Source: an uncultured delta proteobacterium
GTDB lineage: Bacteria; Myxococcota_A; Polyangia; Fen-1088
NCBI GenBank assembly: GCA_963767925.1
Contig: CAVYGB010000002.1
Location: 640,001 to 704,000, forward strand
Length of the DNA stretch: 64,000 nucleotides
Direction of reading: 5' to 3'
Below are positions 28,953-41,516 of this stretch, piece after piece. The position numbers and the translations under genes were made by a program. The notes under the pieces were generated by a model that ran no database searches, was not told the origin of the DNA, and saw only the letters and a list, made by a program, of their open reading frames with translations. Numbering within the stretch: position 1 is the stretch's first letter; the number at the start of each line of letters is the position of its first letter.

Positions 28953-29414
28953 ATGCGGGGTGGCTACGTTTTCGTGGCGGTTGCGGCCCTCGCGCCGGGG
29001 GTCGCCTGCCGGTCGTTCTCCGGGCCGGCGGACGCCGCCGCGCCGAAGGCCGAGCCGGCGATCCGCGCGCTGCTCGAGCAGCAGGCGCAGGCCTGGAACG
29101 CGGGCGACCTGGCCGGGTACATGGCCGCCTACCAGCGGTCCGACCGGCTGCGGTTTCACTCCGGAGGGGACGTCACGCTGGGCTGGCAGACCGTCTTCGA
29201 CCGCTACCGCAAGCGGTACCAGGACCGGGCGGCCATGGGGCGGCTGACCTTCTCCGAGCTGCACGTCGAGCCGCTGGGGCCGGACGTGGCGCTGGCCCGC
29301 GGGCGCTGGCGGCTGCAGCGGGCGGCCGACGAGCCGTCGGGGCTGTTCACCCTGCTATTGCGCCGGGAGCCCGCCGGCTGGCGCATCGAATACGACCACA
29401 CCTCATCGAAATGA
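28953..29414 (+). CDS. NTF2-like/SnoaL (DUF4440-type) lipoprotein
   Basis: IRALLEQQAQAWNAGDLAGYM...GRLTF...GRWRL...GLFTL...GWRIEYDHTS. Confidence 0.85.
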   Translation: MRGGYVFVAVAALAPGVACRSFSGPADAAAPKAEPAIRALLEQQAQAWNAGDLAGYMAAYQRSDRLRFHSGGDVTLGWQTVFDRYRKRYQDRAAMGRLTFSELHVEPLGPDVALARGRWRLQRAADEPSGLFTLLLRREPAGWRIEYDHTSSK

Positions 29415-30658
29415 GGGGACGCCGGCCCGGGCCGCCGGCCCCGCCGACGCGCTGTCGGCGCGCGCGACCGGCAGGGTGAAGGCGAAGGTGCTGCCCTGGC
29501 CCAGCGCGCTGGTCACGGTGATGTCGCCGCCGTGGGCCTCGACGATGCCCTTGCTGATGTACAGGCCCAGGCCCAGCCCGGGCCGCGCCCGGTCGACCTG
29601 CCAGTAGCGCTCGAACAGGCGGGGCAGGTGCTCGGGCGCGATCCCCTGGCCGGTGTCGGCCACCGAAAACGAGACGCGCTCGCCGGCCACGCTCAGGCGC
29701 AGCGTGACCAGGCCGCTCTCGGCGGTGTATTTGATGGCGTTGCCGAGCAGGTTCGAGAGCACCTGGAAGACCCGGGTGCGATCGGCCTGCACGGGGGGCA
29801 GGGCCTCACCCAGCTCCAGCCCCAGTCGGACGGCCTTGCTGGTCGCCACCGCGGTGAGCAGCTCCACCGCCTCGCGGGCCAGGTCGGCGGCGTCGCACGG
29901 CCGCGGCTCGACCGAGAGGCGCCCCTTCTCGATGGCGGTGGCGTCCATCAGCAGGCGCAGGAGCTCGCTCATCTGCTTGCCCGCGCGCACGATGCCCTCC
30001 AGGCTGCGGGCCACCGCCCCCTCCTGCTCCCCGGGGGGATCTGGCGCTGGGCCAGCGAGGCCTTCATCAGCAGGGCCATCAGCGGGTTCTGCAGATCGTG
30101 GGAGACCACCGCCAGCAGCTCCTCGCGCGCGCTGGCGGCGCGCTCGGCCACCCGGAACAGGCGGGCGTTCTCGGCGGAGTAGGCCTCGGCGGACCGGCGG
30201 GCCGAGTCGGCCACCGCGATCTCGAGAGCCTTGCGCTTGAGCTCCTCGCCGCGCTGGTACAGCAGCACGAACGAGGCGGCCTTCAGGCGCAGCAGGGCCG
30301 GGTCGACCGGCTTGGTGACGTAGTCGATGGCGCCGGCGGCGTAGCCCCGCTGCACGTAGCTGGCCGAGTCGGCGTAGCCGGTCACGAACACGACCGGGGT
30401 GGCCCGGGTCCCCTCGATCTGGCGCATGCGGGCGACGGTCTCGAAGCCGTCCATGCCCTTCATGGTCACGTCGACGAGGGCCAGGGCGTAGGCCCGCTCA
30501 CCGGCCCGGGCGACCGCCTCCTGCCCGGAGCGCGCGGTGACGATGGTGTGCCCCAGGGGGGCCAGCACCGCCTCGAGCGCGACCAGGTTGCCCGGATCGT
30601 CGTCGACGATCAGGAGGGCGGCGGCCGGATAAAATTCCCCGGTGGCGAGCAGCTCCAC
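29403..30658 (-). pseudogene. Hybrid receiver-histidine kinase with one frameshift near 30030 (possibly a sequencing error)
   Basis: LIVDDDPGNL, LVDVTM, VSHDLQNPL in one frame; NLLGNAIKYT, DTGQGI, GLGLGLYI, GQGSTF in another; junction in a C6G4 run; start approximate. Confidence 0.8.
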
Positions 30659-30823
30659 GGAATGGCACCTCGAGGGAGTGTCCAGAGACCAACGACGGTT
30701 CAAATGTACCCGGTTTCCCGGGTGACGCATCTCCTGTACAACACCCCCTGATCGGGACCGCGTGCATGGCCCGACCCCCGGCGCGGTGCCGCGCGGGGGC
30801 CGGGCAGGGGCGCTCGCTGGATC

Positions 30824-31042
30824 TCAGGCCCGCCCCGACTTCCCGGTCTTGCTCTTGCGGCACTGCTCGAGGTGGGCCTTGCACTCATCCAGGAGCTTTC
30901 CGTCTTCGGGCGGCACGAGGTACAGCATCGTCCGCCCGTAGCGGGTCAGCTTCACCCTCTGTCCCCGCCGCCGGATCTCGTCCGCCAGGTCGCTGAGCGA
31001 CGCCCGCGCCTCGGCCATGGCAATACGTCTGAGCTTGGCCAT
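30824..31042 (-). CDS. Phd/YefM-type antitoxin-like protein (orphan)
   Basis: IAMAEARASLSDL...GQRVKLTRYGR...LVP; GGAGG RBS. Confidence 0.75.
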   Translation of the reverse strand: MAKLRRIAMAEARASLSDLADEIRRRGQRVKLTRYGRTMLYLVPPEDGKLLDECKAHLEQCRKSKTGKSGRA

Positions 31043-31346
31043 TTATCGAACTGCCTCCGTTGAGTAACTAGCTGGCCCGACCGAAGTCCACGATCCGTGC
31101 CACCGGAAACCCTGAGGCCGCCACGCCTTCGTAACCTCCGATCTGTTACCCACCTCGGACCGACACATCGTTCCCAGGTAACCAGGTAGGGTTCGGGGAC
31201 GACAGCGTCCAGCGGCGGTGACCTGGAGGGACTCGGAAGCGCGGGACGGCCCGGAGGGCCCTCCCCGCCTGCCGGAGCGAGCCAGCCCGGCGCAGCGCGG
31301 ATTGTGGAGGTGCGCGTCGCGGCCGTTGTGGTCTATAAGAGCGCTC

Positions 31347-32087
31347 GTGGTCGTCCAGGTGCTCGGCGACAAGGTCGCCCTCGGCCGCGCCGCCGCCCAG
31401 CGGGGCGCGGCGATCCTGAACGACGCGATCGCCGCCCGCGGGCAGGCCCGCATCGTCGCCGCCACCGGCGCCTCGCAGTTCGAGTTCCTGGAGGCCCTCA
31501 CCGGGGAGGTCGGGCAGGCGGCCGGGATCGACTGGAAGCGGGTCGAGCTGTTCCACCTCGACGAATACATCGGGCTGCCGATCACCCACCCGGCCAGCTT
31601 CCGCCGCTACCTGCGCGAGCGCCTGATCGACCGGACCGGCATCGAGCGGTACCACCTGCTCGACGGCGAGGGGGACGTGGCCGCCGTGCTGCGCGCGACC
31701 GGCCAGGCCATCGCCGAGCGCCCGATCGACGTCGCCTTCGTCGGCATCGGGGAAAACGGCCACCTGGCCTTCAACGACCCGCCCGCCGACTTTCTCACCG
31801 AGGAGCCTTACCTGGTGGTGGACCTCGACGAGGCTTGCCGGCGGCAGCAGGTGGGTGAGGGCTGGTTCGCCAGCCTGGCCGAGGTGCCCACCCGGGCCAT
31901 CTCCATGTCGGTGCGCCAGATCCTGCGCGCCGAGGAGATCCTGTGCATCGTCCCGGACAACCGCAAGGCCGAGGCGGTGCGGGCCACCTTGCGCGGCGAG
32001 GTGAGCCCGGCGGTGCCGGCCTCGGCGCTGCGCAACCACCCCCGCACGAACCTCTACCTCGATCCCGCCGCGGCGGCCTTGTTATGA
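31347..32087 (+). CDS. nagB: Glucosamine-6-phosphate deaminase family
   Basis: [42 protein letters not shown]. Confidence 0.88.
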   Translation: MVVQVLGDKVALGRAAAQRGAAILNDAIAARGQARIVAATGASQFEFLEALTGEVGQAAGIDWKRVELFHLDEYIGLPITHPASFRRYLRERLIDRTGIERYHLLDGEGDVAAVLRATGQAIAERPIDVAFVGIGENGHLAFNDPPADFLTEEPYLVVDLDEACRRQQVGEGWFASLAEVPTRAISMSVRQILRAEEILCIVPDNRKAEAVRATLRGEVSPAVPASALRNHPRTNLYLDPAAAALL

Positions 32088-33052
32088 AGGTCGACTTCCC
32101 GGGGCTGTTCGACCTGCAGGTCAACGGCTTTTCCGGGGTGGACTTCAACGACCCCGAGACGACCGCCGGCGATCTGCAGCTGGCCATCGCCGGTATGCGG
32201 GCCACCGGGGTGACCCGCTTTCTGCCGACGCTGATCACCGGGCCGCTCGACCGCTTCCTCCGCTGCGCCCGCCGGCTGGCCGCCTGCCCGGATCCCGCGG
32301 TGGCCGGCCTGCACATGGAGGGGCCCTACCTGGCGCCCGACGCCGCCGGGGCCCACCCGGACGCGCACCTGACCCTGCCCGACTTCGACGACTTCGCCCG
32401 GCGCCAGGAGGCGGCGGGCGGGCGGATCGTGCTGGTGACCCTGGCCCCCGAGCTGCCCGGCGCCCTGCCCCTCATCGAGCGGCTCGTCGCGGCCGGGGTG
32501 CGGGTGGCCATCGGGCACAGCGCCGCCGGGGGCAGCGCCATCGGCGACGCGGTCCGGGCGGGCGCCACCTTGTCGACCCACCTGGGCAACGCCTGCCCCC
32601 TGCTGTTGCCCCGGCACCCGAACTTGCTGTGGGAGCAGCTCGCCGCCGACGGGCTGGTGGCCGGCCTGATCGTCGACGGGCACCACCTGCCTCCGGCGGT
32701 GGTCAAGGTGATGGTGCGGGCCAAGTCGCTGGCCCGCACCGTGCTGGTCACCGACGCCACCGCCGCCGCCGGCCAGCGGCCCGGGCGCTTCCGCCTCGGC
32801 GAGATCCCGGTCGAGCTGTCGGCGCAGGGGCGGGTCACCATCGTGGGCACCGATCGCCTGGCCGGATCGGCGCTGACCCTCGACGTGGCGCTGGCCAACA
32901 CCGTGCGCTTCACCGGCTGTTCGCTGGCGGAGGTGCTGCCGCTGGCCTCGACCCAGGCGGCGGCGGCGGTGGGGCTGACCACCGCGGGGCGGGTGTTCGC
33001 CCGCCACGATCCCGACACCGGCGCGCTCGCCATAGAACGGGTGGAACCGTGA
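32084..33052 (+). CDS. nagA: N-acetylglucosamine-6-phosphate deacetylase
   Basis: [44 protein letters not shown]. Confidence 0.88.
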   Translation: MKVDFPGLFDLQVNGFSGVDFNDPETTAGDLQLAIAGMRATGVTRFLPTLITGPLDRFLRCARRLAACPDPAVAGLHMEGPYLAPDAAGAHPDAHLTLPDFDDFARRQEAAGGRIVLVTLAPELPGALPLIERLVAAGVRVAIGHSAAGGSAIGDAVRAGATLSTHLGNACPLLLPRHPNLLWEQLAADGLVAGLIVDGHHLPPAVVKVMVRAKSLARTVLVTDATAAAGQRPGRFRLGEIPVELSAQGRVTIVGTDRLAGSALTLDVALANTVRFTGCSLAEVLPLASTQAAAAVGLTTAGRVFARHDPDTGALAIERVEP

Positions 33053-34317
33053 ATCAAGCCCGACCCATCAAGAACCTCCGCTGGTACATCGCCATCCTGC
33101 TCTGTCTGTCGACCGAGCTGAACTACCTCGACCGGCAGACGCTGTCGGTCCTGGCGAGCACGATCCAGAAGGACCTGGGGCTCGACCGCGAGCAGTACTC
33201 CTACGTGACGTCGTCGTTCCTGGCGACCTACATGGTGATGTACGCGGTGGGCGGGCGCATCGTCGACTGGCTGGGGACCCGGCGGGGGTTGATGCTGTTC
33301 GCCACCGGCTGGTCGATCGCCAACATGTTGCACGCCCTGGCCCGCTCGCTGCCGCAGCTCGCGTTCTTCCGGGCCCTGCTGGGGGTGACCGAGGCGGCCA
33401 ACATCCCGGCAGGGGTCAAGGCGGTCAGCGAGTGGTTCCCCTTGAAGGAGCGGGCCCTGGCGGTCGGCATCTTCAACGCCGGCACGGCCATCGGCGGGGC
33501 GGCCGCCGTCCCCATCGTCACGACCATCACGCTGTACCTCGGCTGGCGGGCGGCCTTCGTCGTGACCGGCGCGCTGGGGCTGGTGTGGGTGGCCCTGTGG
33601 GCGGCGTTTTACCAGTCGCCCCTGCGCCACACCCGGCTGGGGCAGGCCGAGCGGGCCTTGATCCTGGCGGGCCAGACCGGGGAGGACGCGGGTGGGCCGC
33701 CCGTGTCGGTGCGGCGGCTGCTGGGGATGCGCGAGACCTGGGGCTGCATCCTGGCGCGCGTGCTCACCGATCCCATCTCTTACTTCCTCAACTTCTGGAT
33801 CCCGCAGTACCTGCAGGACGAGCGCGGGTTCACCCTCACCGATCTGCTCAAGTTCGGCTGGATCCCCTTCGCCGCCCTCGCCCTCGGCAACATCGCCGCC
33901 GGCGCCATCCCGCGGGCGCTGATCGGGCGGGGCTGGGAGCTGGACCGGGCCCGCAAGATGACCATGCTCGTCGTCTCCTGCGCCATGCCGGTGCTGTGCC
34001 TGTCGGTGACCCAGGTGCGCGACCCGGCGATGGCCCTGGCCCTGGTGGCGCTGGTGATGTTCGGTCACGCCGCCTGGGGCAACATCATCCTGCCGGCCGA
34101 GCTGTTCCCCGCCCGGGTGGTGGCCACCGTCTCGGGGCTGGGGGGCGCGCTCGGCGCCGCCGCCGGGGCCATCACCCAGCTCGGCGTGGGCAAGGTGGTG
34201 CAGGCCTTCTCCTTCAAGCCGGTGTTCGCCGTCTGCTCCGGCATGTACCTGCTGGGCCTCCTGTTCGTGGCCCTCCTCTGTCGCGACCTCGGCCGCATCC
34301 GCACCCTGCCGCGGTAG
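33049..34317 (+). CDS. MFS transporter (ExuT/hexuronate-like, ACS family)
   Basis: LRWYI, NYLDRQTLS, GRIVDWLGTR, EWFPLKERA, LTDP..YF. Confidence 0.88.
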   Translation: MNQARPIKNLRWYIAILLCLSTELNYLDRQTLSVLASTIQKDLGLDREQYSYVTSSFLATYMVMYAVGGRIVDWLGTRRGLMLFATGWSIANMLHALARSLPQLAFFRALLGVTEAANIPAGVKAVSEWFPLKERALAVGIFNAGTAIGGAAAVPIVTTITLYLGWRAAFVVTGALGLVWVALWAAFYQSPLRHTRLGQAERALILAGQTGEDAGGPPVSVRRLLGMRETWGCILARVLTDPISYFLNFWIPQYLQDERGFTLTDLLKFGWIPFAALALGNIAAGAIPRALIGRGWELDRARKMTMLVVSCAMPVLCLSVTQVRDPAMALALVALVMFGHAAWGNIILPAELFPARVVATVSGLGGALGAAAGAITQLGVGKVVQAFSFKPVFAVCSGMYLLGLLFVALLCRDLGRIRTLPR

Positions 34318-34318
34318 C

Positions 34319-34489
34319 GCGCAGACCCCTCACCCCCCCGCTGCCGCGGGGCGAGGGAGAACGGGCGGCGGGGTGCGGAAGTTACGCGTGAAGCCGCCGA
34401 GCATCCGCTCGGAAGATGATCCAGGCACCTCGCCAATCGTTCGCCCTCGCCCCGCGGCGCGGGGAGAGGGAGGGGTGAGGGGTCTGCGC
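34319..34489. repeat. REP-doublet/MITE-like element with 18-bp terminal inverted repeats
   Basis: GCGCAGACCCCTCACCCC (34319-34336) and its reverse complement (34472-34489); internal CCCTCGCCCCGCG/CGCGGGGAGAGGG hairpin; same family as 10940-11073. Confidence 0.7.
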
Positions 34490-34524
34490 ACCAACCCGTC
34501 GGTGTTCTGGCTGCGAATCCGGGT

Positions 34525-35352
34525 TCACTCGGCGGTCTCTTCCCAGAACTGGCCCAGCAGGCCGACCGCCACCAGGCGGCGGTAGTGGGCGGTCGAGCGG
34601 AGGTCGTCGATGGGGGCGATCTCGGAGAGCAAGATCGCGGCGGCGTCGTCGAGGGGGGCCCCCGCGGCCAGCGCCGCCTCGGTGCGGGGGACCCGCAGGA
34701 CGGTGGGGCCGACGCTGCCGAGGGCGATGCGCGGTACCTTGTCGCGCACGCCCGCCAGGACGACCTTCGAGATGGCGTTGGCCGCCCGGGTGCCGACCTT
34801 GCGGAACCAGACCGGGCCGGGCAGGCGGGGCAGCTCGATGGCGTAGAGCAGCTCGTCGGGGGCCAGGCGGGTGCGGCGGTAGCCGGTGTAAAAGTCGGTG
34901 ATGGGGACGCGGCGGGAGCCGCTGGCGCTGGCCAGGACCAGGGTGGCCTCCGCCGCCATGAGGATGGGGACGGCATCGGCGGCGGGCGAGGCGTTGGCCA
35001 CGTTGCCGCCGAGGGTGGCCCGGTTCTGGATCTGGGCGCCGCCGATCAGGCGGGCCGCCTCGGACAGCACCTCGATGTGCCGGCGCACGAGGGGCGAGGT
35101 GGCGATCTCGGTGAAGGTCGACCCGGCCCCGATGATGAGCCCGCCGCCGGGGGCCCGGCGGATGCCGCGCAGCTCGCGCAGGCGCCACAGATCAATCAGC
35201 TCCGTGGCGGCGAGGGTGCCGGCGTTGAGCGCGACGTACAGATCAGTGCCTCCCGCCAGGGGGAGCAGCGGTCCCCCCTCGCGCAGCAGGGCCAGGGCGG
35301 CGGCCAGCGAGTCGGGCGCGTGCAGGCGCAGCCGCGAGAGCGCGGTCCTCAC
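34525..35352 (-). CDS. Xanthine dehydrogenase family FAD-binding subunit
   Basis: PLAGGTDL, QIQNRATLGGNVANASPAAD, FRKVG.R, PIDDLRSTAHYR. Confidence 0.9.
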   Translation of the reverse strand: MRTALSRLRLHAPDSLAAALALLREGGPLLPLAGGTDLYVALNAGTLAATELIDLWRLRELRGIRRAPGGGLIIGAGSTFTEIATSPLVRRHIEVLSEAARLIGGAQIQNRATLGGNVANASPAADAVPILMAAEATLVLASASGSRRVPITDFYTGYRRTRLAPDELLYAIELPRLPGPVWFRKVGTRAANAISKVVLAGVRDKVPRIALGSVGPTVLRVPRTEAALAAGAPLDDAAAILLSEIAPIDDLRSTAHYRRLVAVGLLGQFWEETAE

Positions 35353-35782
35353 GCCGGGTGCCGCTTCTTGCTGCCGATGGCCTTCTGCACGGCCCGGTAG
35401 ATGGCGGTGTAGCCGGTGCAGCGGCACAGGTTCCCGGCCAGCGCCTCCTGGATCACCGGGAGCGAGGCGCCCCTGGGGATGGCCAGCGCGGCCAGGATCA
35501 TGCCCGGCGTGCAGATCCCACACTGGGCCGCCCCCTCCTCGGCGAAGCAGCGCTTGAGCGGGTGGTCGGAGGCCACCCCCTCGATTGTCGTCACCTTGCG
35601 CCCCTCGGCGTGGGCGAAGGGGACCAGGCAGCTCGCCACCGGCGCGCCGTCGATCAGCACGGTGCAGGCGCCGCACTCCCCCTCGCCGCAGCCCTCTTTC
35701 GTGCCGGTCAGGCGGCAGTCCTCGCGGAGCACGTCGAGCAGCCGCTTGAGCGGCGGCGCCTCCACGTCGACCCGGCGGCCGT

Positions 35783-35798
<16 letters not shown>
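35349..35798 (-). CDS. Xanthine dehydrogenase family 2Fe-2S subunit
   Basis: GTKEGCGEGECGACTV, QCGICTPG, GNLCRCTGY. Confidence 0.92.
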
Positions 35799-37894
<2,096 letters not shown>

Positions 37895-37944
37895 GCGGCT
37901 ATCCGGATTGTACTCCGCCCCTGCGCCTTTGTTGGAGGTCGGCT

Positions 37945-38865
37945 TCAGGCCGACACGTCGGTGATGAGGCGGCGCAACCAGGCGTGCGCCGGGTCGTGGT
38001 CGCGGCGGGCGTGCCAGAGCAGGTCGAGGTCGAAACGGGGCAGCGGCAGGGGAGGCGCCAGCAGCCGCACCGGGTAGTGGGCCGCGAGCTTGCGCAGCAG
38101 GCGCTCGGGCCCGGTGGTCACCAGGTCGGACTCGCTGACAACCAGGGGGACGACGAGGAAGCTGGAGACCCGCGCCGCGATCCGCCGGCGCAGCCCCCGC
38201 CGCTCGAGCTCGGTATCGACCATGCTGCCGGGCGAGCCCGTCGGCGCCACCATGAGGTGGTCGAGGGCGAGGAAGGTGGCCAGGGGGATCTGGCGGCGGC
38301 GGGCCGGCACCCGGGGGTGGTCGCGGCGGACCATGCTGAGAAAACCGTCCTGGACCAGCGGGCTTGTCGAGAAGCCGGCCGGCGGGGGCCGGCGGGGCAC
38401 CACCGCCAGGTCGGCCGCCCCGGAGTCGAGGACCTCGAGGCTGCTGGGGAAGGCCACCACCGACAGGTCGATGCCCGGCGCCTCGACGCGCAGGCGGGTC
38501 AGCAGGGGCCCCAGGCTCACCGCCTGGCTGTAGTCGGCCATGCTGACCGTGAACGACCGCTGGGTGGTGCGGGGATCGAAGGCCGGCTCGCCCGACAGGG
38601 TGCGGGCGAGATCTTCGAGGCCCCGGTCCAGCACGGGCAGCAGCGAGACCGCCCGGGGGGTGAGCTCGAGCCGGCGCCCGGCTCGCACCAGCAGGGGGTC
38701 GCCGTACAGCCCGCGCAGCCGGGCCAGCGCGTGGCTGGTCGCCGACTGGCTGAGCGAGAGGCGGGCGGCAGCCCGGGTGACGTTGCGCTCGGCCAGCAGG
38801 GCCTGCAGCGCCACCAGCAGGTTGAGGTCGACGGCGGGGAGGGCGTTGATATGCACGCCGTGCAC
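37945..38865 (-). CDS. LysR family transcriptional regulator
   Basis: DLNLLVALQALLAERNVTRAAARLSLSQSATSHALARLR; WLR C-terminus; start could also be 38856. Confidence 0.92.
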   Translation of the reverse strand: MHGVHINALPAVDLNLLVALQALLAERNVTRAAARLSLSQSATSHALARLRGLYGDPLLVRAGRRLELTPRAVSLLPVLDRGLEDLARTLSGEPAFDPRTTQRSFTVSMADYSQAVSLGPLLTRLRVEAPGIDLSVVAFPSSLEVLDSGAADLAVVPRRPPPAGFSTSPLVQDGFLSMVRRDHPRVPARRRQIPLATFLALDHLMVAPTGSPGSMVDTELERRGLRRRIAARVSSFLVVPLVVSESDLVTTGPERLLRKLAAHYPVRLLAPPLPLPRFDLDLLWHARRDHDPAHAWLRRLITDVSA

Positions 38866-38887
38866 TTTTAGTATGGAGACAATGCAT
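38851..38887. promoter_or_regulatory. Tandem LTTR (T-N11-A) boxes
   Basis: ATGCAC-GCC-GTGCAC (38851-38865) and ATG-N9-CAT (38873-38887), 22 bp apart at the divergent LysR/NmrA junction. Confidence 0.55.
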
Positions 38888-38955
38888 TTGCCACATGCCC
38901 GGGCCGGGGGCATCATCGCAGGCGTCACCAACACGTTCTTCGAAGGAGGCCGATC

Positions 38956-39819
38956 ATGTTCGTCATCACGGGAGCCACGGGAAACACCGGTTCGATCGTC
39001 GCGCGCAAGCTGCTGGATGCAGGGCAGAAGGTCCGCCTGCTGGTGCGCGACCCGAAGAAGGTCGAGGCGTTGTCCGCGCGGGGCGCCGAGGTCCAGACCG
39101 GCGACCTGTGGGACCCGGCCGCATTGGGGCGCGCCCTGGCCGGGGCGAAGGGGCTGTACCTGCTGTCACCCCCCGACAACACCGCCACCGACTTCGTCCC
39201 CCAGCGCCGGGCCCAGCTCGAGGGCGTGACCCGGGTGGCCAAGGAGGCGCGGGTGGGACACGTCGTCCTGCTGTCCTCGATCGGCGCCCAGCACGCCCAG
39301 GGCACCGGCCCGGTGCAGACCCTGCACGCCGCCGAGGCCACCCTGCGGGCCAGCGGCTTGCCGGCCACCTTCGTGCGCGCCGCCTACTTCGTCGACAACT
39401 GGGCCGCCGTGGTCCCCGCCGCCCGCAAGGACGGCGTGTTACCCAGCTTCCTGGCCGCCACCCGGCCGATCCCGATGGTCTCCACCCGCGACATCGGCGC
39501 GGTCGCCGCCGAGGCCCTGCTCGAAGGCCCACGCGGCACCCGGGTGATCGAGCTCGCCGGCCCGACCGACCCCAGCCCCGCCGACGTGGCGAATGCGCTG
39601 GGCCGCCTGCTGGGCCGCCCGGTGACGGTGGCCGAGGCCCCGCTGGACGCGGTGGTGCCCGCCTTCAAGTCCTTCGGCTTCTCCGAGGGCGCGGCGGTCC
39701 TGTACCGCGGCCTCTACGAGGGCATCGGCAACGGCCAGATAGCCTGGGAAGCCCGCGCCACCGAGTCCCGCCGAGGCACCACCGACCTGGAGTCCGCCCT
39801 CCGCCCGTTCGTGGGGTGA
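38956..39819 (+). CDS. NmrA-like NAD(P)-binding protein
   Basis: VITGATGNTG, VVLLSS, STRDIG; AGGAGG RBS; divergent from LysR. Confidence 0.9.
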   Translation: MFVITGATGNTGSIVARKLLDAGQKVRLLVRDPKKVEALSARGAEVQTGDLWDPAALGRALAGAKGLYLLSPPDNTATDFVPQRRAQLEGVTRVAKEARVGHVVLLSSIGAQHAQGTGPVQTLHAAEATLRASGLPATFVRAAYFVDNWAAVVPAARKDGVLPSFLAATRPIPMVSTRDIGAVAAEALLEGPRGTRVIELAGPTDPSPADVANALGRLLGRPVTVAEAPLDAVVPAFKSFGFSEGAAVLYRGLYEGIGNGQIAWEARATESRRGTTDLESALRPFVG

Positions 39820-39896
39820 GGGAGGGGGCCGGTGGGGGCCCTGGTTGGCCGGCGCCCTCGATCCTGCGACCGTGGCGTACGTGGTAACCCCTGACC

Positions 39897-40121
39897 ATGT
39901 CATTGAAGGCGCGGGTTCGAGGGGGGCGTCTCGTGGTGGACGAGCCGACCGACCTGCCGGAAGGGACCGAGGTCCCTCTCTTGCCGCTGGACCCGGGCGA
40001 TTGGCTCGATGACGAGGATCGCGCCGCACTACATCGTGCTCTGGAGGCGTCGGAAGAGGACGTGCGACGCGGCGACCTCTACGACGCGAACGAGGTACTC
40101 GCTGAGCTCCGTGCCCGGTGA
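39897..40121 (+). CDS. Putative antitoxin
   Basis: LKARVRGGRLVVDEPTDLPEG...LHRAL..SEEDVRRG...EVLAEL; GTGA overlap with a toxin-like remnant. Confidence 0.7.
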   Translation: MSLKARVRGGRLVVDEPTDLPEGTEVPLLPLDPGDWLDDEDRAALHRALEASEEDVRRGDLYDANEVLAELRAR

Positions 40122-40260
40122 CCGTCCGCCGCGTTCGTTTTACCGGGACCGAGCGGCGCCAGTTTCATGAAGCAAGAGTGGTGGCGCGAGAACCGCACTC
40201 TTCCGGAAGGGCTCACAGAGGACCTGGCGTCCTGGAAAACTTGGATGTCCAGCGCTTCCT
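40118..40260 (+). pseudogene. Degraded RelE/ParE-like toxin
   Basis: RRVRFT..ERRQF, then out-of-frame EWWRENR..PE.L.EDL; the rest is not recognisable. Confidence 0.5.
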
Positions 40261-40469
40261 GAAGACGGCAAGCCCGTCCCGGACGTCCCTCGTGGATGGC
40301 TTACGGATAGAGCGCCCGTCCTTCGGTGCGGACAGGTAACGAGCAGACTCTCCGCCACCCTCCGTCCTCCGCGGTAGATCTTTTTGACTACTCAAGACAT
40401 CCCTGATCTCAGAATAGTCGCTCCCATCTCGCCGGACCTCTTGAAGAGGACCAGGCAGCGTCCAGGGCC

Positions 40470-40572
40470 CCCGCGCCGGGGGTGAGGTTTTCGCGGATCA
40501 TGACGCCGGCTTTGGCGAGGGCGTTCGTGTCGAGGAGGGAGGCGACTCTCGTGGTGATGGTCACGTCGCCGA
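40470..40572 (-). pseudogene. Internal fragment of a ConA-like (DUF1349-type) domain
   Basis: GDVTITTRVASLLDTNALAKAGVMIRENLTPGA with no start or rest of domain. Confidence 0.45.
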
Positions 40573-40692
40573 TGACTCGGCCTGGACCGCCCCTGAGAGC
40601 AGAGCGCCGGAATCGGGCGCGAGCCGCGGCGCGCTCGCGGCGCGGGGCGGCAGCCACCTTGATCCGCGGCCGTAAGACGCTATCTTACCTCC

Positions 40693-40923
40693 ATGAGGAC
40701 CAGGGTCTCGAGCAAGGGGCAGATCGTCCTTCCAGCCGAGCTTCGACAGGAAGACCACATCGAACCCGGGGACGAGTTCGAGGTCGAACGGATCGAGCGC
40801 GGCGAATATCGGCTGGTTCGACGCTCGAGCGGTACAAACATCGGGCTCGTGGACTGGCTCCTTGCGTGTCCCGAGAAGGGATTTTTCGTCCCGATCGAGT
40901 CGGAGTCGACGGACACGCTGTGA
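40693..40923 (+). CDS. vapB: AbrB/MazE/SpoVT-family antitoxin (VapB)
   Basis: TRVSSKGQIVLPAELR...IEPGDEFEV. Confidence 0.85.
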   Translation: MRTRVSSKGQIVLPAELRQEDHIEPGDEFEVERIERGEYRLVRRSSGTNIGLVDWLLACPEKGFFVPIESESTDTL

Positions 40924-41333
40924 CCTACCTCGCCGACGCCAACGTGCTCTCCGAGCCAACCAAGCCGGATCCCAACCCCGGGGTGATCAAGTGGCTCAGG
41001 GAGAACGAACGCGAGCTCGTCGTCGACCCGTTCATCCTCGGCGAGATCAAGTTCGGTATCCTGCTCATTCCCGCAGGGAAGCGACGAAGCCGCTTGAACC
41101 GATGGTTCGACGAAGGTGTCGGGCGGATCCGATGCCTCGCCTGGGAGGCACCTGCCGGCCTGCGCTGGGCAGAGCTGCTCGCTGAGCTGCGTGCCCGAGG
41201 CCGGGCGATGCCCATCAAGGATAGCCTGATTGCGGCGACCGCCTTGACCCACGATCTGACGCTAGCCACCCGGAACGGACGCGATTTCGTCCGGGCCGGA
41301 GTGAACGTCATCAATCCGTTCTCTCTGGCCTGA
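40920..41333 (+). CDS. vapC: VapC PIN-domain toxin
   Basis: YLADANVLSE, GEIKFG, IKDSLIAATA, LATRNGRDF, NPF; GTGA overlap. Confidence 0.9.
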   Translation: MTYLADANVLSEPTKPDPNPGVIKWLRENERELVVDPFILGEIKFGILLIPAGKRRSRLNRWFDEGVGRIRCLAWEAPAGLRWAELLAELRARGRAMPIKDSLIAATALTHDLTLATRNGRDFVRAGVNVINPFSLA

Positions 41334-41516
41334 TCGGGCCCGAGCGAAGCGAAGGAACCCGACTACTTCGAGAAACAGTCCCGAGCCGGCAAGCCCGCGA
41401 ACCACCGTCGACTTCGAAAATCATCGCCGGCCGGATCGGCCGCGGAAGGCGGACCGTTCTTCACTGTGCCGCCGTTCCGTCGGGCCGACGCGTCCGGTGG
41501 GAGAGAGGGCCGCTGC

